Assembly: GCA_001643675.2 (NCBI GenBank)
Contig: LSRY02000029.1
Location: 62,001-126,000, forward strand
Reading direction: 5' to 3'
Source of the DNA: Monocercomonoides exilis PA203
Lineage: Eukaryota > Protista > Preaxostyla
Length of the DNA stretch: 64,000 nt
Below are positions 54,969 to 64,000 of this stretch, in pieces (position 1 is the stretch's first letter; each line of letters opens with the position of its first letter). The notes under the pieces were generated by a model. It saw only the letters and a program-made list of their open reading frames with translations. It did no database searches and was not told where the DNA came from. Both the position numbers and the translations under genes were made by a program.

Positions 54969-55747
54969 TCTGCTTTTTGTTCTTCTCCTTTCCCTTCCTT
55001 TTCTTTTCTTTCAAATTCTTCTTTGCTTCTAAGTTTATCGATCTGGTTTTAATTCTATTTGTTTTGACTTAACTTTTAATCGTTGTGAATCCTGATATGA
55101 CTTTGCTCTAATAAAATATTATGAGATTTTTGTTTTATATTAACAAATCATTTCATTTATATGTTTAATTTTATTGTTCTAAATTTCGGTTCTTCTCCTC
55201 GATGTTGTTAAACTTAGTTTGTTTTCCATTGTTTATTTCTTTTTTTCATCTTTTTTATTCCTTATTCACTATATTTTTTAAAACAATTGATGAAGTTATT
55301 AGCATTTTTAAGTTATCTAAGATTTTCTATTTTCATTTATAATTCAAAAAAACTTGAACTTATAAAAATTAATTCTTTTTTTGAATAAATGGTTGTAAAA
55401 ATCAAAATAAAAGATTTGTTAATAAGCCTGAGATTTATAATTATTTATTTTAATCAATTGCAGAGCAAAAAATGAAAATAAAAATGGTTGAAATTACAGA
55501 ATATAATTCTTCCTTCAATAAAAAAAAAATCAAAAAATGCAATAATAACAAGTTATCAATGTTCAAGAAAAAAAAGGATAAAAATTATTTAAAATGATAA
55601 AAGTTTTATTCTTTAACGATTCGTTTTAATTTTTAAAATCATACACACAAAACAACATCTAAATACATAAATAAATACCTTGTCGCATTCAGAACAATTT
55701 TTATGTTATTTTCTTTTTTCTTTTTTTCCCCAATAAAACATTCAGAG

Positions 55748-58700
55748 TTAGTAGAAAACACGAGGTGCACGCAGAGAAGTAGGAACTGTTGTCCATCTTA
55801 CAAAATGCTCTTCATTAGCTCTCCCTTCTCTTCCTTCTTCTTCCTCTTCATTCACATTCCTTTCCTCTCTTTCTCCTCCTCCTCCTCCTCCCATTCTTTC
55901 TCCCTCTTCTGCATTTTCCATCTCTTCACCTTGTCTTGGAAGCTTTGTGATCGTAACAGCAGAACTATCTCCAGGTGCCAAGTGTATTTCTCCTTCTTCC
56001 ACAAGCTGCATCTCAAACTCCTTCCCACTCCCGCTGTCTTCATAGCCCATCTCCGCCTCGCCAAACCCACCGTCATACTCGTCCACACTGATAAACCCGT
56101 TCTTCGGCTTCTTCTGTTTCTTCTTCCCGCTGTTTGAGCTGCCTTCGCCTTGCATCGACAGCTTCTTCCTCGAATCTGCAAAGGATTCCATTCTTTTGTA
56201 CAGAAGCGCTTCACCCGACAGCTTCTTCTTCAGCTTTCCATACAAAAACACTCCAACTATCACCCCAACCACAATGCTTATCCCAATTCCAATCCCTGCT
56301 CCAAGCAGAACTGAAGCAGTGGAATACTTCTTGCCATTTCCAGTGCTTGTGTTGTTATTTTCTGTTTCGTTCTTTTTCTCACTAGCATCAATGTGCGTGA
56401 AATACACTTGGATGCTTCCAGTTTCTTTGGGTTTTTCGCCTTCTTGTAATGAAATGCTTATGCGAGCTGATTGGTTGAGCTTGATTTCTGCAGTGGATTG
56501 CTTTATTCGAGAGGAAAGAGAAAATTCATCAGGAGAAGAAGACGATGAAGAAGAATTAACAGAAAGTTGACTATTCAACAGCGCATTCTTCCTGACAGCG
56601 CAATAGAACGCCTCCTTCTCCTCTACCCTCGCCACTGCATATGACTCATTGACGTATTCTGTGATTGGATAATTCCTTTTCTCCGCCTCCGCCCCGTCGC
56701 AGAACACGACGAGTGAAGTGGAGCAAGGCAAAAGCAGGCTGCCTCGCAGCTGGTATTCGACAAAGGACTCGTTTGAACGGGAAACAAGCTTGGTGCTCTG
56801 GAGCTGGGGAGTGAAGAAGGGAGACAGAGAGGATGAGACAGCTGCTCCGGTAACAGTGCATTTAACGGGGGATATCCAGAGAGAGGAAGGATTGGAAGAG
56901 GATGATGAGGAGAAATCGGTTTTGGTATAATAAATATCATCATCATCATTATCATCATCATTATTTTGAAGATAACTCTGTTTTTTGAGATTTCTATTGT
57001 TTTCATTCTCATTTTCACTCATCGCCGCTTCTTCTTCCCCAGTTGACATGCTGTTCACCACAACCGCTCCATCTCTGCAGAAAATGTTTCTTCTCACCGA
57101 TGGATAATCAAGCAGGGATGGGTCATTGTTGTGGAATGTGCAGTCATTCACGACCAGTTTTCCAGACGACACAAACACACCGCCAGAAGATGAATGCGCA
57201 AAAACAGAGTGGGAAAGCTTCGCTTCGCAGTTCGAAAGGTACAAAAGAGATGAGCTCCATTCACAAACACCGTCATGCTCATCATAATTGCCATGATCAA
57301 ATGAAGTTGATTTTTGCTTTTTCAAATTGACTTTAAGTTTATTTTCTTTTACAAAGTCATTTTCTTCTTCATTGATATAATAATTCTTTGGTTTATGCAC
57401 CGGTTTTATCGCCCCGATGAACGAACACGAACTAATCTCCACATTCCCACTCGACACATACACTGCACAATTCCCTTTTCCCAGCCCAGCCGCAGGCGAA
57501 AAAGCTGAAAACACAATTGACACATTCGGTGCTGGCTGGCTGTCGTTCCGCACTTCACAAATAGAAAGCACAGACGCTTCTGTTTGCCCAGTTGCTGCAG
57601 TTGTCATTGATTGATCATCAGACACTGTTGAGAGTTTCACAATTTCCTGTGTGAATGAGGAGGATTCGATGATGTATGAGGAAGGCTCAGAGGAGATTGG
57701 TGAAGGGTGGACAGGCAGTGGGACAGTAATTAGTGAGCCATTAGAGAAAGTTAAGTGTGATGCTTGAAATAGAGAGAAACGGAAGGAGCTGATGCGGTTG
57801 ATGATGAACGCAGAGCCAGAAAAGGCAGCAGAATCGATCACGAAACAGGAAATGAGCAAAGTGCCTTGTTCTGATGTGATGAAGGAGAAGGGGAGAAGAA
57901 TTGGAGATGTGTTAGAAGAAGAAGAAGAAGAAGAAGCGTTTGTGGTGAATGAGCAGTTTGTGAATGTGAATAAATGTCCCTTGTTTCTAATAAGAGTCTG
58001 CAAAGATGGAGAAAAAGGCGAAGAAGAAGAAGAATACTTCGACACATCCACTTTCATTGCAATCAAGTCGAAAATGCTTTCCCAAGTGTTTAAAATAACA
58101 CACGTTGCAGTTGATGCTGCATTTGAAGAAGAAGAAGAAGAGGAAGAGGAAGAGGAAGAAGCAGAAAGATTCACAAACTCCATAAATGCCTGCCTTGAGA
58201 CAACTTCTTGCTGATACTGGAAATTATCCAGTTTTTCTCTCGAATCCACAAACTCATTTGACATGCCTGTCAAATCCGCTTGCTGTTGAAGCTCAGAAAT
58301 CCTGTTTTGTCTTTGCGACGCCTTTGAAATGTCTTCATTTGCAGTGATAATCAAGTTGGTTACGTCAATCACACACAAATTGCTGCTGTTATCATCAAAG
58401 AAGCCATTCGATGCATCCACTGCATTTCCTGAATATCCTTTGCTTTTCAATCTCTTCTGTGCTAATAAACTTTCCATTTGCCCTGAAACCTCCACTCCAT
58501 CCACAACCACCACTGTGCTCATGTTTGCCGGCAAAAGATGGTCGAGCGAATTAATTATGGTCCTGCAAGGTTTCTCCGAATCTCCGCCGCATGTTTTGCT
58601 ATCCTCCGCGCCTTCCACTACAGACGAAACAAACACCTCCTCAAACTGGGACACATTCAAATAAACGTCAAATAAGTCTACAAGTTTGTGTTCTACATCT

Positions 58701-59441
58701 TCGCTTTCTTCTCCACAAAGCGCATTGTTGTCAAAAAGGCTTTCAACATGCCGGTCAAACATGAAAAATGTTGGTTTGATCACTTTTTTGAGAGAAGGCG
58801 CAAGAACAAACAGAATTTTTCCGGCACCAACGCCGTTTGGCTCTGCAAATGTCAAATTGTACAGAAAAACCTGATTTTTTGCTTCTTCCAATGAAATGTA
58901 GAAGCAGCCTCCTTTTCCCTCAGAACGTTCACAGGAAAAATGGGAAAATGAACTGCCAGAAACGAAAATGGAAGAAGTTTGCAGCAAATGAGTGCGAATT
59001 ACACCGCCTTTCATTGAATTATGTGAAGAGCAGGAAGAAAAATTGCAGGCGCTGATGGCAGCGTGGATGGTTGGATAGAGATCTTCATTGGAATGAGAAG
59101 AAGAAGAATAAAAAGAAGATGATGAAGAAGAAGTTAATGAAGAATCATAACCATCTCCTTCATTCCTTCCTCTTCCTCTTCCTCTCCCATTCGCATCCGC
59201 CTTTGCCGGCTGCTGAAACACCGCAGCGTATTCTCCGTCTGCTTTCACATTGTCAAAAGAGCATTCTTCAAACTGCACATTCACATTGGGCAGAGTGTCA
59301 AAGGAATCAACAACAGCTAAGAAGAAAAGAGAGCCTTTTGCGGCTGTGATGTTCTGGAAGGTGGTGTTGGTGAGGGAGAGGAGAGAGAGAGAAGAGGGTT
59401 TGTTGGAGAAGGAGGGGGAGGAAGAAGAAGAAAGAGAGGAA

Positions 59442-59472
<31 letters not shown>

Positions 59473-62400
59473 AAGAAGAAGAAGAAGAAGAAGAAGAAGA
59501 AGAAGAAGAAGAAGAAGAAGAAGAAGAAGAAGAAGAAGAAGAAGAAGAAGAAGAAGAAGAATATGATGATGATGATGAATAAATAGAAGCAGGAGAAGCA
59601 GTAAAAGTTGATAAACTCGATGAATGTTTCATCAACAAAGGAGCAAAATACGCAAATTCAATTCCAGAGTGAAAGTCAAGCACGCAATCTTTCACCATCA
59701 AATGATCACACGTGAATGAAGAAGCATAAGAAAGCGAAATCAAACTGCGTTTTGTGTTTATCAGAACGATTTGGGTGTTTGTAAGGGTGAGGCTGCCGCT
59801 GTAGATGGCAAAGAGACACAAATATGTGAGCACTGGAGGAGAAGGGAGGGGGTTTGGGAGAGAGGAAGAAGAAGAAGAAAAAGAAGAAGAAGAAGAAGAA
59901 AAAGAAAAAGAAAAAGAAGAAGAAGAAGAAGAAGAAGAAGAAGATGATGATGATGATGGTGATGATGATGATGAATAAGAATAAGAAGATGATGATGCTG
60001 AAGTAATCTCACAATCATCCATCTTCATCTCCCCCTTCTCGTTCCAAAACACCGTCTGCAGAACTTCGTGTTCCTCTGCCATTTTCGGCAGCTCAACGCA
60101 AATTGACTGAAATTCCACTCCTCCTTCGCACTCCACAAAACACGTGTTTTCTATCTTCTCCCCAGCTTTCAGCGAAAGTTTTCCCGTTTCGTCGGAAAAA
60201 CGCAATTTCCCCGAAATTTTGATGTCGGAGAGGAGGATGAAGTCGTTGAGGGTGGCGCTTTCGGAGATGATGAGGTCACGTTGGATTTCATCCTCTTCTG
60301 TTTCTTCTTCTGTTTCTTCATTTCTTTCTTCTTTTTCATTGTTTTTGTTAATTTCTTCGTTATTTTCATTCTTCTTCTCATTTTTCATCATCATCATCTT
60401 CTTCTTCTCCTTCTCCTTCAAATGTGTCAGCCCAAACGACACACTCTTACACGGCAAAGCTTCATCTCCACACCTCAACATGTCTTCCCCTTTCCCTTCA
60501 CTCACCACAATCGTGTCGCTTTTAAACATTAAAATGTCAGAAAGAATTAAATCCACGTCTTTCCCCTTCTCCTTCTCGTTTTCTGGGTTTGTGCTTCTCC
60601 CCACAAAGCCATTTGCTGTTGAAAGCAGAGAAAAGGCAACTTCATTGAAATCTAATTGTTCTGAATGAGCTGTTTGGTTGAGGTTGAAGAGAGAGAAATA
60701 AATGTTTGTGCCAAAATCGGCTTTGTTTCCTTTGAAAGAGAAAAGAGAGAAAGAGAACGAAGAATCAGAAGCGGAAGAGGAGGAGGAAAGGAAGATGAAG
60801 CCACCTCTGGTTTTGGTATCGGCATTAGAAGAAGAAGAAAGAGAAGAAGAAGAAAGAGAAGAAGAAGAAGAAGAAGAAGAAGAAGAAGAAGAAGAAGAAG
60901 AAGAAGAAAGAGAAGAAGAAGAAGAACTTCCAATTTCACATCCACATTTCACTGCGGATAGCTCTTTCACCTCAAACTTTGTGTTTTCATCTAATTCGAC
61001 ATTGATCGCTCCTCCGTTCAATGAATTTGATTGGCAATTTTCGAAATAGCAATTTTTGAGTGAATAAAAAGCAGAAGGAGAAGCCAAAAGAACAGCTGGA
61101 CTTTTGCCATTGCTATTTTCAATTCGTTTGATGTTTGAAATGTTTGTGGAAGACAAAACGAAAGTTGTTTGGTCAGCATTAAAATGGGTGATTGTGCTAT
61201 GTTCGAATTTAATAATAGAAGAAGAAGAAGAAGAAGAAGATGGTGATGATGAAAGTGATGAATACGATGAAGACAATGAAAGAGAAGCAGAAAGAGGGCT
61301 AACTTCAAACAAAGCACAATTAGACAGAAAGAATTCTGATATTTTTGTTGCTTCGATCGATAAACTTCCTCTTTTTATCTGAAAAAGAGAAACAGAAAAG
61401 GAATTTTGAGCTGAATGAGTGGTATCTGTTGTGATTTGCATGAAGGCAAGTGTCAAGGAAGGTTGAGATGAAAGAGAAGAAGAAGAAGAAGAAAGAGAAG
61501 AAGAAGAAGATGATGATGATGATGATAACAATGAAGATGACAATGAAGATGATGAAGTCGAAGCATCAACCACACACAATGCTGCCTCCCTGTTTGTTTG
61601 AATGGACGAATTGTGCAAAATTCCGAATTCACGCAATGACAAAGAACCAGAACGGACAAGAAACTGTTGTTTATCTGCTTCTTCATTTATTTTTTCATTG
61701 AATCTTTTATTTGATCTTTTATTCTCTCTTTCATTTATTTCTTCATTTCCTCCTTCGTTTTTACGATGCCCACCCAAATTCGTGTGCAATACAACGCTGT
61801 TTCTGTCTTCTCCTACAATTTCTATCTCTCTTCCTTCCACCAAAATGCAATGAAACTCATTCTGCAGCTCCTGCTGCGAAACAAGTACGATATTCGCCTT
61901 TTCGTGTTTGATGCTATTTTTCAGTGCTAATTCAATCGTGTTACATGCATATTTCTGATTGATCCCACACAAAACATCTTCATTGCTCAATGTTGAACCA
62001 GTAAATTCTGAATATTCATTCTTCATTGCCTGCTCCCCAATCCCATTCACTTCATCCACATACACTTTCTCCAGCCCAAAACTAAGCCAAGAATCTTTCA
62101 ACATATAATCAGTACCATTCTTCAGTATAAGTCTCTTTGTTTTTTCAAATGGATTAGTTTCGTCATTCTTTGGTGAAGAGAACGAAGAATAGCAATTCGA
62201 AAACAGATTTTTTTTTATCATTTGGTCTGAATCATCAACAAACACATCTGTTCCGTAGGAGCCACTTTTCTCTCCCAAATACGAATTCAGAAAAACGCAG
62301 TATTCAAACAGGATTGCTAGCTCGCTTAGCGCTTCAGGGATAACAAACGAAGGGCCAAGAACAACATAGCAACTTCCTCCGCTTCCCCTCTTCTTGTTCC

Positions 62401-63991
62401 CGTTGCTCTCAAACTTGTTGTTCGAACAGCACACCCAGCTTCTCCCTGAAGCAGAATTTCCCATTGGGGGAGAAGACAAATATACAGCTCCTCCTCCAAA
62501 CTCTTCTCCTTCGTCTTCGTCTTCTCCTTCTCCTTCTCCTTCTCCTTCTCCTTCCTGATTTCTTTGCTGTGTTGGCGGTTTATCTGGTTCTTTTGGCTCG
62601 TCTGGAACATTCGTGTAGCATGAAATGAACTTCGAGTCATAAATAAGGCATTTGTTCCCTTCTTCATTCGAGTCAAGCTTTTCATTAGATTTTTTCCCCT
62701 TTTCATTGAAATATCTCAAAGTTCCCATTTTATTTGAAGTGCATTCTTCGACAGCAACCGCTCCGCCTTTGCAGCTGCTTCTGCAGTCTTCGAAGCGGCA
62801 CGCCTCGACACAGAAATCGTAGCTAACTTTCTTTGCATGTACAGCACCGCCCACACCGCCAATTGAAGAAGAAGAAGAAGAAGAAGAAGAATCAGCATAG
62901 ATTTTTCTGAAAAACTGAGAAAATTTGTTTGCTGTGTTTGCAACACCACCGCATGAGCAGTTCAGAAAAGCGCATTTTTGAATCGTCATGCTTTTCACGC
63001 TGTCTGCCTCGATAGCGCCTCCGCTGTCTGACGCAGTGCACTTGCTGAATTGGCAATCGTTCACAGTGAGCGTCGAATCTGGCTGCGAGGAGAAGAAGAT
63101 TGCACCACCAGACGGAGAAATATCAGAATCAGCAGTTGAAGTGCAGCCTTCGAAGCTGTCTTGTGTGAATGTTGTGTTGGTGGTGATTGATGTCTGTTCG
63201 CGGTGCACTTCGTTTGGAGACGAAGTTCGAAAGCAGCGCAGATAGGTGTTGTTGCGAGAGAGAAACGTGAATGTTTGGGGCAATGAAGATGATGATGAAG
63301 GATTGATTGATGGAATGATACCTCCATAAAACACATCCTCAACATCTGAAAAAGTGCTTCCGAAAATAACAATATTTTTGTTGCTGCTTGACGAGTCAAT
63401 TTGCCCATCATTTGCCTTCTTCGTTGTTATTGTTATGTTTTTAAAGCTGCTCTTTGAAATAGATAAGGAGCCGATGGATTCCATTGAAAGAAACGGAGAG
63501 GAATCTAGCTGGAATGAAGAAAATGTCGAAGTTTCCAATATTAACGATCCTACCGGTATTGAAATTTCTTGTATGAAAGATAAAGAGATAAGAGGCTGTA
63601 TCAACGCCACGCCATTTATTTGTTGAAAAGAAGTATTTTTCAATGTTATATCACTTCCACAAGAAGAAAATATACTTTTTGTCCATTTATCCAGATCCAA
63701 AAAGAAGCATGATGATAAAGACAATGTAGATAAGTTGCAGACAAAAGAAGAATCAACGGTATTGCGCTTCATAATGGTTAAATTAGAAATCATCAAAGAT
63801 GAATTTTTAGCAATGAAAGACGTGGAAATGCAGTTTCTTCCGGAATTGATACCACCACCATCGCAATCTGTAATTGGAAAATCACCTGTAATATTCAGGC
63901 TGACTGAAATTTTTTGTGAATCTTTAAAGAAAATAACAATTTTAACATTCATAAAAAAATGCATATTCATCAACCAAAAGCACATAAGCAT
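55748..63991 (-). CDS. Paralogous type-I membrane surface protein (~2750 aa visible) with 3 Cys-capped modules and many poly-Ser insertions; 5' end probably outside the window
   Basis: 8.2-kb ORF sharing FSxVxDVxxGGI and VCEW..S....SSG..NN.P....S.RRNI.C..SLWI..C..F..PQL.S with the + strand gene. TM helix ASVLLGAGIGIGISIVVGVIVGVFLY. Confidence 0.85.
59445..59561. repeat. Pure (GAA)39 microsatellite encoding a poly-Ser run on the minus strand
   Basis: Uninterrupted gaagaagaa... for 117 bp. Confidence 0.92.
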
Positions 63992-64000
63992 TTTTAATAA

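Overview
Eukaryotic, intron-containing protist DNA using the standard code. AT-rich intergenics, short GT-AG introns with GTNTG donors, and coding (AAG/CTT)n tracts read as poly-Ser and poly-Glu are most consistent with an oxymonad such as Monocercomonoides. That assignment is an inference from sequence style, not a database match. In order, the window holds: (1) a 5-exon casein kinase 1/TTBK-family gene with a very long disordered tail ending in GCCVLL; (2) a ~4060-aa low-complexity gene; (3) a near-perfect 4.34-kb inverted duplication (19813-24153 / 24722-29064, 568-bp spacer containing an older nested inverted repeat). It duplicates head-to-head a secreted ML-domain (NPC2/MD-2-like) gene carrying an acidic block and a Pro/His/Arg-rich cationic tail, and it creates a truncated copy of the giant gene; (4) a decayed surface-protein fragment; (5) a complete 2348-bp TA-flanked pogo/Fot1-type transposon whose intron-containing transposase looks dead; (6) a WxHD/RG/poly-Q putative RNA-binding gene; (7) two convergent giant type-I membrane proteins built from ~320-430-aa Cys-capped beta-helix-like modules. 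The best candidate for a novel system is the duplicated ML-domain gene, whose layout resembles an antimicrobial-peptide precursor. Exon models were assembled by hand and need RNA-seq confirmation.
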